DNA of 63,756 nt, the filler included, from an uncultured bacterium (GTDB taxonomy: Bacteria > CAYJOG01): assembly GCA_964371695.1 (NCBI GenBank). It is 8 parts of 8 records of this genome, joined end to end, with 100 filler letters (N's around TTAATTAATTAA, not from the genome) between each part and the next. Parts side by side here need not be neighbours in the genome. Positions count along the whole stretch, not along the records: positions 56,027 to 63,756 come from CAYJOG010000117.1; 7 more parts are not named here. The stretch is one strand, 5' to 3'. Below are positions 56,027 to 63,756 of the stretch, piece after piece. Position 1 is the stretch's first letter; each line of letters opens with the position of its first letter. Made by a program: the position numbers and the translations under genes. The notes under the pieces were generated by a model. That model made no database searches. It was not told the DNA's origin and worked only from the letters and a program-made list of their open reading frames with translations.

Positions 56027-56639
56027 CGTGGGCCACCTGCGACGTGCGCCACATGTTTTTTTGCGTCGCGCCCCACTGCTCGCGCTCGGCGCTGAGCCAG
56101 CCGATGGCGGTGGGGTAAAGCAACACGTCGGCCCCCTTGAGCGCGGTGAGGCGGGCCGCTTCGGGATACCACTGATCCCAGCAGATGAGCACACCCAGCT
56201 TGGCAAAACGCGTGTTAAACACCTGATAACCGCCATCGCCGGGGGTGAAATAGAACTTCTCGTGAAAATGGGGGTCTTCGGGAATGTGGTGTTTGCGGTA
56301 TTTGCCCAGCAAAGCGCCGTCGGCGTCCACCACCACCGCCGTGTTGTGATAGAGACCCTCGGCGCGTTTTTCAAACAGGCTGGCCACCAGCACCACGCCC
56401 AGTTCCGCCGCCAGTTTTTGCAGGTGATCGGTGGCGGGGCCAGGAATGGTCTGGGCCAGAGCGAAAGGTTCGTCGTGGTGACCCTGGCAAAAATAACGGC
56501 TCAGAAAGAGTTCCTGCGTGACGATGACCTGGGCCCCCGCAGCGGCAGCCTGACGAATGAGCGCCTCGCTGTGGCGTTGGTTCAGCGCCGGGTCTTCGGC
56601 GCAGGCGTGCTGCAACAGGGCCAGTGTGAGCGGCTTCAT
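56027..56639 (-). CDS. Carbon-nitrogen hydrolase, N-carbamoylputrescine amidase-like (3' truncated)
   Basis: QELF, YRKHHIP, EKFYFTPGD, ICWDQWYPE, YPTAIG. Confidence 0.88.
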
Positions 56640-56683
56640 GGCTCAGGAAGGATAACAGGCGAGGCGTGACGCCTGGGGGGCGA

Positions 56684-57181
56684 TTATGCCTCGGCGGCTG
56701 CTTCTTCGGCCTTGGGCGCAGCGCCGTCGGGGCCGGTGAGGGACACCTTGACCACAGCCTTGACCTTTTCGGTGAGGCGGATGGGCACCTCGAACTCGCC
56801 CAGCTTTTTGAGCGGGTTGTCCAGGTCCACCATGCGTTTGTCGATTTCCAGGCCGGTGGCGGCTTTGAGTTTTTCGGCAATCATGCGGGGGCTGACGCTG
56901 CCATACAGGCGGCCCTCCTGCGCGCTCTGCATTTCAAAGGACATGGCCTGACCGCTGATTTTGTCGGCCCAGGCGCGGGCTTCGGCCTCGAACTTTTTTT
57001 CGCGGCGGGCCTGCACCTGACGGCGCTCTTCGAGCTGGCGCAGTTCGCCACGGGTGGCGGGTGTGGCGAGGCGGCGGGGAAACAGAAAGTTGCGGGCGTA
57101 ACCCGGCGCGACTTTCACCACGTCGCCTTCGCGGCCCAAATGGTCCACGTCGTCCAGAAGAATCACCTGATTGGCTGCCAT
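56684..57181 (-). CDS. rplI: 50S ribosomal protein L9
   Basis: VILLDDV..LG..GDVVKVAPGYARNFLFP, LYGSV. AGGAG SD. Not next to rpsF/rpsR here. Confidence 0.95.
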   Translation of the reverse strand: MAANQVILLDDVDHLGREGDVVKVAPGYARNFLFPRRLATPATRGELRQLEERRQVQARREKKFEAEARAWADKISGQAMSFEMQSAQEGRLYGSVSPRMIAEKLKAATGLEIDKRMVDLDNPLKKLGEFEVPIRLTEKVKAVVKVSLTGPDGAAPKAEEAAAEA

Positions 57182-57280
57182 GTCAGACTCCTTTTTCGCG
57201 CCCCACGGGCGGCAAGGGGGGGCAGTATAAGCGGATGGAGGGGGCAAGTCCAATCTCTGGGAAAGGGGCGGATTCACTTT

Positions 57281-57462
57281 GAGCCTGTTTATAAAGTCCG
57301 TCCTGGACTTTATAAACTTACCGCCAGCGGAGGCAAAGCCTCCTTGGCGGGCAAAAACCTCAGTGTTTTCAACACTTCGGCTTTTGGGGCGGGACATCCA
57401 TGTCCCGCAAGAGCCTGTTTCTATTACACCATGTTCCACATGGTGTAATAGAAACAGGCTCT
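57281..57462. mobile_element. Family E element with a perfect 25-bp terminal hairpin
   Basis: Ends GAGCCTGTTT ... AAACAGGCTC. 57410-57462 is a perfect 25-bp stem with a 3-nt loop. Confidence 0.72.
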
Positions 57463-58355
57463 TACAAAAACGCCAGAAACCGGGCCGCAGGGTCTTTGGA
57501 AAGGTCCTGCTGATACAGGCCGTCTTCCTGCACCCAGTTCACCACGGCGTGTTCGCACCAGTCGCCGGTGTTCAGATAAACCCCGCCAGTTTTATGCACC
57601 AGCCGGGGGGTGTGGGTGTGGCCCATGGCCACCACGTCCACGTCCGGTTCCTCGCTCAACAGGCGCTCGGCGGCGTCCTCCCACCGGTGCAGCGACGACA
57701 CAAAAAAGCTGGGCGCGCCTTCGGCCATTTCCACCCGCCAGTCCAGCTCGTCGGCGGCGGCGGCGTTCAGGGTCCGCAACGCCCCGCTCAGGGGGGCCAG
57801 GGTTTTCCACAGGCGGTGCTCGGCTTTATACACTTCGTCCAGCAGGCCATAGACCCAGGGTAGTTTGTCCACCACGTCCAGGGCAATTTTTCCGCCGGGG
57901 CTTTGCTCGAATGCATCGTGTTCGTCGCCGTGAGACAGGCGCAGGGTCTTGCCAAAAACAGCGCAACGCACCACGGTGTCGGCGGCGTGATTGTGGGCCG
58001 CCAGCGCGGGCCACTGGGGCGGATCGGTGCGGAACACCGCGTCGTGATTGCCGGGGATGTAATGCACCCCCGCGCCCCGCTGGCTGTGAAAACGCAACGC
58101 CTCAAAAAACGGTGCGGCGGCTTTTTCCAGCTTCTGGCGGGCGGTTTCGCGGTGCAGGCTGTCGGAAAGATCTCCCAGCAGATACACCTCACCGGCCTGG
58201 GCAAAATCCTTTTCTATCAGATGCCCCAGGGCCATCACCTTGCCGTCGCTTTGCAGGTTCAGGTGCAGGTCGCTGAGTAGCAGCACCGCGCCGGGCTGGG
58301 GAACGGGGTTCACCGGAAAAAGACCGATGCGGGTATAAGCCTCGTGTACACGCAC
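57462..58355 (-). CDS. Calcineurin-like metallophosphoesterase, LpxH (UDP-2,3-diacylglucosamine hydrolase)-like
   Basis: SDLHL, LGD, GNHD, HGD, GHTH, NTGDW. Confidence 0.82.
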   Translation of the reverse strand: MRVHEAYTRIGLFPVNPVPQPGAVLLLSDLHLNLQSDGKVMALGHLIEKDFAQAGEVYLLGDLSDSLHRETARQKLEKAAAPFFEALRFHSQRGAGVHYIPGNHDAVFRTDPPQWPALAAHNHAADTVVRCAVFGKTLRLSHGDEHDAFEQSPGGKIALDVVDKLPWVYGLLDEVYKAEHRLWKTLAPLSGALRTLNAAAADELDWRVEMAEGAPSFFVSSLHRWEDAAERLLSEEPDVDVVAMGHTHTPRLVHKTGGVYLNTGDWCEHAVVNWVQEDGLYQQDLSKDPAARFLAFL

Positions 58356-58390
58356 GGCGGCATTGTAATCATCCGGGCCATAATGGGTGG

Positions 58391-59530
58391 ATGGAACCTG
58401 ATTTGCCTTCGCAGTGGGCGGCGGATTTCCCGGCCCTCGCGCCGGGTTATTTTGCCTGGCACCTGCGGGGGCCCCTGCCCGCGCCTGCTCTCACACTGGG
58501 TCAGACCATGTTGCAGGAGCAGGCCAGCCAGGGGGTGAACGCCGTGCATGACCGCTGGGTGGACCGGGTGGAAAACACCCGCGCCGCCCTGGCGAATTTT
58601 GTGGGCGTCAGCCCTCAGCAGGTGGCCCTCACGCAGAACACCAGCACCGCCATGGGTCTGCTGGCCTGGGGCTGGCCCTTGGGGCCGGGTGACGAAGTGC
58701 TGGTGGGGGAGCTGGAATATCCCGGCACGTTGTTGTCGTGGCAGGCGGCGGCGCGGGTGCGGGGTTTTTCGGTGCGGTTTTTGCGGGCTGACGCAACGGG
58801 CCTGATGTTGCCGGGGGGCCTGCTGGCCCAGGTGGGGCCAGACACCCGGCTGATGGTGCAAAGTCTCGTGGTGTTCCGCACCGGCCAGCGTGTGCGCATA
58901 GAGGAACTGGCCAGTGAACTGGCCCGCCGCTCCCCCGCCGTGCCGCTGATTGCCGATGGCGTGATGGGTCTGGGGCCGTGGCGGCTGAGTGTGGACGACC
59001 TGGGTCTCGCGGCCCTGACGGGGGATGGCCGCAAGTGGCTGCTGGGGGCGGACGGCACGGGGTTTCTCGCGCTGGGCAAAAACTGGCAGGAGCGCGTGTC
59101 GCCCACCCTGCCGGGGCCACGGGCCATTCAAGAGAGCACGGCCTATCGCCAGGGCGACCCCACCTGGCTGCCTGGGGCGCAAAAGCTGGAAAACGGCGCG
59201 CTCAACAGCCTGGGTTTTTCGCTGCTGGGGGCGAGCCTGGGCTGGCTGCAAAAAACACCCTGGGACACCCTGCGGCAACACCAGTTGGCGCAACTGGCCC
59301 TATTAAAAGAGGGCCTGGACCGCCTGGGTCTGAAAACCGCCGCGCCCCTGATCGGGCCGGACACGGCGGGCCTGGTGGGCATCACACACGGCCAGGATCC
59401 GGCCCGTCTGTCGAACAGGCTGAAGGCCGGGGGCCTCACCGCCGCCGCCCGTGGTCCCCTGCTGATGGTGTCGGTGTATGGCCTGACGCGGCCTGAAGAC
59501 ATTGAGGCGCTGATGGCGATATTGCGCTGA
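58391..59530 (+). CDS. Class V PLP aminotransferase / cysteine desulfurase-like protein (divergent)
   Basis: NTS, EYP, DGRKWLLG (PLP Lys), G.GF, LENG. No obvious catalytic Cys loop. Confidence 0.75.
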   Translation: MEPDLPSQWAADFPALAPGYFAWHLRGPLPAPALTLGQTMLQEQASQGVNAVHDRWVDRVENTRAALANFVGVSPQQVALTQNTSTAMGLLAWGWPLGPGDEVLVGELEYPGTLLSWQAAARVRGFSVRFLRADATGLMLPGGLLAQVGPDTRLMVQSLVVFRTGQRVRIEELASELARRSPAVPLIADGVMGLGPWRLSVDDLGLAALTGDGRKWLLGADGTGFLALGKNWQERVSPTLPGPRAIQESTAYRQGDPTWLPGAQKLENGALNSLGFSLLGASLGWLQKTPWDTLRQHQLAQLALLKEGLDRLGLKTAAPLIGPDTAGLVGITHGQDPARLSNRLKAGGLTAAARGPLLMVSVYGLTRPEDIEALMAILR

Positions 59531-59567
59531 AAACACCTCCCACCCTCCCCTGTGCTACACTTTTTTC

Positions 59568-59789
59568 ATGCCACGGATTGGCGGTGTGAACTTCTGGGGA
59601 CCAGTGCTGATACAGCAGCGCCTTCAGGCGAACCTGAAGGCGCGCACCCTGAGCACCACCGAGAACAAAATCGCCGGGGGCATTCCCCACATCCAGAACA
59701 ACGTGGGCAACTTTGTGCCCCCCAGCCCGCCGGTGCGCGGCGCACCCATCACGCCGGGTTTTGACCGGCCTGATTGGGATGCGGATTAG
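59568..59789 (+). CDS. Small hypothetical protein (73 aa)
   Basis: TG-C-TACACT box 6 nt before ATG and GC3-biased codons. Confidence 0.55.
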   Translation: MPRIGGVNFWGPVLIQQRLQANLKARTLSTTENKIAGGIPHIQNNVGNFVPPSPPVRGAPITPGFDRPDWDAD

Positions 59790-60285
59790 AGCGCCACATA
59801 GCCCAGATATCCCCCCGTCGTCATTCCCGCGAAAGCGGGAATCCAGTAAAACATAAGCAAAACACCCTATTTTTCCCTCTCCCGTGTTTTGCATGGGAGA
59901 GGGTGGTTTGTGGCCGGGCCTTTTCGGCCATAAACCGGGTGAGGGCGATGTAAAAAAATACCGAAAAAGGTTTTTGTCTTTTTTTCTCATGCCCTCATCC
60001 GGCTTTCGCGCTTCGCGCTCAGGCGGGCGAGACGCCCGCCCTACTGCGTCGGCCACCTTCTCCCATCCTTCGGACGGGAGAAGGAACAGTGGTTTTTTAC
60101 TTTTGATTAATCCCCGGCAGTTTCGCGCTTCGCGCTCAGGCAGGCGAGACGCCTGCCCTACGTCGTCGCGCCGCTGGGCGCGCCCGGCAGGATCAATATG
60201 CTGCCGCTCTCCCAAGAACCCATCCCGCGCCCATTACCCCAACCCTCTCCCCAGTCGGGGAGAGGGGGCAAACCAACCCGGTGAA

Positions 60286-62925
60286 TCATTCCACCGCTTC
60301 GGCCAACACCACGACCACCACCGGGCTGTGCTGCTCACGCTCACGCACATAGGTGACGGCCTCGGTGGACTGGACACCGGCGGCGGCCAGCAGGTCGGCT
60401 TCCACGCAGCACAACGCGTCCACCACCAGATCCGAGCCGGTGACCTCCAGCGCCGCCACGCCCCAGCGTTGTGACTTCTGCTGCTCGGTTTTTTTCTGGC
60501 GCACGCGGCTGATGACCTCGCAGAGCAGGTCAAAGGACTCGTTATGCGTGGGCGCGGCCACACCCTGCACCAGTTGGTCCGCGTCGGGCCAGCCGGGGGC
60601 ATGCACACTGCCGCCATGGCTCCAGCGCCAGACTTCTTCACTGATGAACGGCACGGTGGGGGCAAACAGTTTGAGAAAAGTTTTCATGGCGAACCACAGG
60701 GTGCTGAGCGCGCTGTGGCGGCCTTCGTCGCCCAGTTCGCCATAGGCGCGGGCCTTCACCAGTTCCAGATAGTTGTCGCAAAAGTCGCCCCAAAAAACCC
60801 TTTCCACGTCTGCCAGCGCCAGACCAAACTCAAAGCCTTCCATGCGTTCTTCCACCTGACGCACCAGGGCCGAAAGCCGGTGCATCAGGGCGCGGTCCAT
60901 CTCCCAGGTGATGTGTGCCGGTTTGGCGTCGTGTTTCGCCGTGAGGCCGAATACAAACTTGCCTGCGTTAAACAGCTTGGTGGCTAATTTTTTGCCGTTT
61001 TTGAGCACACCCCTGTCAAAAGCCGTGTCCATGCCCAGGCGCGCACTGGCGGCCCAATAACGCACGGCGTCGGCGCTGAACTCCTCGATCAGGGGCAGGG
61101 GCGTCACCACGTTGCCCTTGCTTTTGGACATCTTTTTGCGGTCGGGGTCCAGAATCCACCCGCTGATGAGCACGTTCTTCCAGGGAATCGTGTTTTGATG
61201 CAGGTGCGCCTTGACGATGGTGTAAAACGCCCAGGTGCGGATGATTTCGTGAGACTGGGGGCGGATGTCCATGGGAAACAGGTTCCGGTGGCGGTCGGGC
61301 GCGTCCATCCAGCCGGTGGCCACCTGGGGCGTGAGGGAACTGGTGGCCCAGGTGTCGAACACGTCGGGGTCGCCGGTGAAACCGCCGGGCATGTTGCGCT
61401 GGTCTTCTCTGTAACCCGGCGGCGGCTGGGCCTGGGGGTCCACCGGCAGGCTGTCCGGCGTGGGCAGCAGGGGCGATTCAAAAACAGGCTCAGCGTTGTC
61501 ATCCAGCGGAAACCACACTGGAATCGGCACGCCGAAATAACGCTGGCGGCTCACGCACCAATCCAGCTTCAGGCCCTCCACCCAGTGTTCATAACGCAGG
61601 CGCATGTGGTCAGGCCGCCAGTGAATTTCACGCCCCCGCGCCAGCAGTGCCTCTGTTTTGTCCACCAGTTTCACAAACCACTGGCGGCTGATGAGAATCT
61701 CAAGGGGTTTGCTGCCCTTCTCATAAAACTTCACGGGATGGGTGATTTTTTCCACACCGCTCAGCGCCACACCCGCGCCAAAAGGCCCGCTGCCCTCCTG
61801 GCCCAATAACTCCACAATTTTCTGCCTCGCCCCCACCACACCCTTGCCGGTGATTTCGCCATAGGCGGCGGCGGCTTTGGCCGCGTCGTGGCTGAGCACA
61901 CCCCCTTCGCCAAAGTCCATGGGCATGAGGCGGCCGTTGCGCCCCAGAATCACCCGCGCTGGCAGGTTGAAGGAGCGCCACCACAACACGTCGGTCTGAT
62001 CCCCAAACGTACACACCATCACCACGCCGGTGCCTTTTTCCGGGTCCACCAGATCACTGGCATGAATGGGCACCGGCACACGGAACAGCGGCGTCACGGC
62101 GGTCTTCCCCGCCAGATGAGAAAACCGCTCGTCCACCGGATGCACCATCACCGCCACGCAGGCCGCCAACAGCTCAGGCCGCGTGGTGGCCACCAGCACC
62201 GTCTGGTCTGTGCCGTCAATGCCAAAGGTGATGCGGTGATAGGCCCCGGCCTCGTTGCGTTCTTCCACTTCTGCCAGGGCGATGGCGGTGTGGAAATCCA
62301 CGTCCCACAACGTGGGGGCGTCCACATGGGCCACGTGGCCTTTTTCAAACAGGTCCAGAAAACTGTATTGGCTGATGCGGCGGCATTTGTCGTTGATGGT
62401 GGCGTATTCCTGATGCCAGTCAATGCTCAGTCCAAGGCGCTGCCACATGGCCTTGAACACGGTTTCGTCTTCCACAGTCAGGGCCTCGCACAGCTTGATG
62501 AACGCCTGTCGGCTCACGGGCAACTGCTCTTTGCGGGCCTTGTCATCCAGCGCCTTGCGGTCTACCAACCCGGCCATGGCGGCGGCGCCTTCATAGGGAA
62601 TGTGCGGCTCGCAGCGCACGCCAAACACGTTCTGCACCCGCCGCTCGGTGGGCAGTCCGTTGTCGTCCCAACCCATGGGATAAAAGATGTTTTTGCCCCG
62701 CAGGCGCTGATAACGCACGATCACGTCCTGGTGGGTGTAGCTGAACACGTGGCCCATGTGCAGTTCGCCGCTGATGGTGGGCGGGGGGCTGTCCACCACA
62801 AAGGTGTCATCGCGGCCCCGGGCGGGGTCGTAATGGTGCAGACCCTCGGCCTCCCAGGTTTGGGCCCAGTGTTGTTCCAGTTCGGCGGGGTTCAGGTTTT
62901 CCGGCGGTTGACGCTTCACGTGCAT
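60286..62925 (-). CDS. valS: Valine--tRNA ligase (type lacking the C-terminal coiled coil)
   Basis: PPPTISGELHMGH, GWDDNGLPTER, DWCVSRQR, KMSKS. The ORF-track N-terminus derives from a repeat. Confidence 0.95.
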   Translation of the reverse strand: MHVKRQPPENLNPAELEQHWAQTWEAEGLHHYDPARGRDDTFVVDSPPPTISGELHMGHVFSYTHQDVIVRYQRLRGKNIFYPMGWDDNGLPTERRVQNVFGVRCEPHIPYEGAAAMAGLVDRKALDDKARKEQLPVSRQAFIKLCEALTVEDETVFKAMWQRLGLSIDWHQEYATINDKCRRISQYSFLDLFEKGHVAHVDAPTLWDVDFHTAIALAEVEERNEAGAYHRITFGIDGTDQTVLVATTRPELLAACVAVMVHPVDERFSHLAGKTAVTPLFRVPVPIHASDLVDPEKGTGVVMVCTFGDQTDVLWWRSFNLPARVILGRNGRLMPMDFGEGGVLSHDAAKAAAAYGEITGKGVVGARQKIVELLGQEGSGPFGAGVALSGVEKITHPVKFYEKGSKPLEILISRQWFVKLVDKTEALLARGREIHWRPDHMRLRYEHWVEGLKLDWCVSRQRYFGVPIPVWFPLDDNAEPVFESPLLPTPDSLPVDPQAQPPPGYREDQRNMPGGFTGDPDVFDTWATSSLTPQVATGWMDAPDRHRNLFPMDIRPQSHEIIRTWAFYTIVKAHLHQNTIPWKNVLISGWILDPDRKKMSKSKGNVVTPLPLIEEFSADAVRYWAASARLGMDTAFDRGVLKNGKKLATKLFNAGKFVFGLTAKHDAKPAHITWEMDRALMHRLSALVRQVEERMEGFEFGLALADVERVFWGDFCDNYLELVKARAYGELGDEGRHSALSTLWFAMKTFLKLFAPTVPFISEEVWRWSHGGSVHAPGWPDADQLVQGVAAPTHNESFDLLCEVISRVRQKKTEQQKSQRWGVAALEVTGSDLVVDALCCVEADLLAAAGVQSTEAVTYVREREQHSPVVVVVLAEAVE

Positions 62926-63358
62926 GGTGGTGGAAGTTAGCGCGGCAAACGGGATTGGTAAAGTCAGGCTAAAGACCAGAGGGGTGTTGGTATTTGTTTT
63001 TTTGTAGAACAGGCATCTGCCCATCGCTGCTAACTTTGGGGCTATAGACGGCTTTGGGGCCAGTGACAGAGTAGCCCCCCCGCCGTCATTCCCGCGAAGG
63101 CGGGAATCCAGTTGAAACAAAAACAAAACACCTTTTTCTGTCTTCTTTCAGTGGGGCGGAAACACCTGTGGTTGCGCGCTCACCAGAACTGGATTATTTC
63201 TTTTGTTTTACTGGATTCCCGCTTTCGCGGGAATGACGGCGGGGTATTCGGAGGTGCCTGTTCTACCAGCTCTCTTTGGCAGAGCACCCCCTCCATCAAA
63301 AAGACATTCGAATCCTGATTTTCTTTGACTTGACCCGAAATGCCCCTACCATCAGGCC

Positions 63359-63622
63359 ATGGACGGATTACAACTCGCCATCAGCATGCCCGGCCCCATG
63401 GAGTGGGCAATCATCGCCGTGGTGGCGTTGATTGTGTTTGGCCCCAAGCGCCTGCCAGAGCTTGGCCAGAGCGTGGGCAAGATGCTGCGGGAGTTCAAAA
63501 AGGCCACCGACGGCTCAGCCGAGAGCGACAGCCCCGTCAAGGTGGCGTCCATTGAAGGCCCCGACGAAGAAGCCCGCGTGAAAGCCGAAAATGAAAACTC
63601 CCAGACCCCAAAAGAGTCGTAA
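63359..63622 (+). CDS. tatA: Twin-arginine translocase TatA/TatE
   Basis: PGPMEW..LIVFGPKRLPELGQSVGKMLREFKKA. Promoter TTGACT-16 nt-TACCAT. Confidence 0.92.
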   Translation: MDGLQLAISMPGPMEWAIIAVVALIVFGPKRLPELGQSVGKMLREFKKATDGSAESDSPVKVASIEGPDEEARVKAENENSQTPKES

Positions 63623-63756
63623 AAACTGGGCGTCTCGCCCGATGCGGTCAGGTTGATAAAAAATCAAGGGATGACAGGGACTTTTTCACGTAGCCCCGGC
63701 GTCCCGCCGGGAGTATCTGCCGCGCCAGAGGCGCGCCCCTTTAGTTGCGACGCCGT

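Noticed and set aside
64-63712. Palindromic 23-27 nt repeats as a possible CRISPR array
   Set aside because: They are dispersed or in inverted pairs, not tandem direct repeats with unique equal-length spacers, and there are no cas genes.

Overview
This window is not contiguous DNA. It is eight separate ~7.7-8.0 kb contigs of a draft bacterial genome or MAG, sorted by decreasing length and joined by artificial 100-nt N/TTAATTAATTAA/N linkers, so gene context holds only within a contig. The organism is GC-rich and probably diderm; its taxonomy cannot be fixed from sequence alone. Most genes are housekeeping or metabolic: ahbAB-like siroheme decarboxylase, liuC/HMG-CoA lyase, pdhABC-lpdA, UDP-glucuronate decarboxylase, ppk2, hfq, dapF, ftsZ, thrS-infC-rpmI-rplT, rplI, valS, tatA, SRP RNA, two-component genes and an ABC transporter. 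The most notable signals: (1) a respiratory-type cluster of three c-type cytochromes (5 CxxCH; one with an EbdC/NxrC-like domain interrupted by an Ig-like domain) followed by a USP-USP-rubredoxin-like protein, with four PCP_red-like domains across the locus; (2) about 20 genes with a -10 box 6-9 nt before the start codon and no Shine-Dalgarno, suggesting pervasive leaderless mRNA; (3) intergenic DNA built from at least six palindromic repeat families, with nesting, module shuffling and covarying hairpins, some with CsrA-like GGA loops; (4) a motA pseudogene the ORF track misses; (5) a ~33-aa insertion in LpdA; (6) a small-protein/retropepsin gene pair and an XRE/outer-membrane-protein islet with a perfect palindromic operator. 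All family calls come from motif recognition, not database searches.
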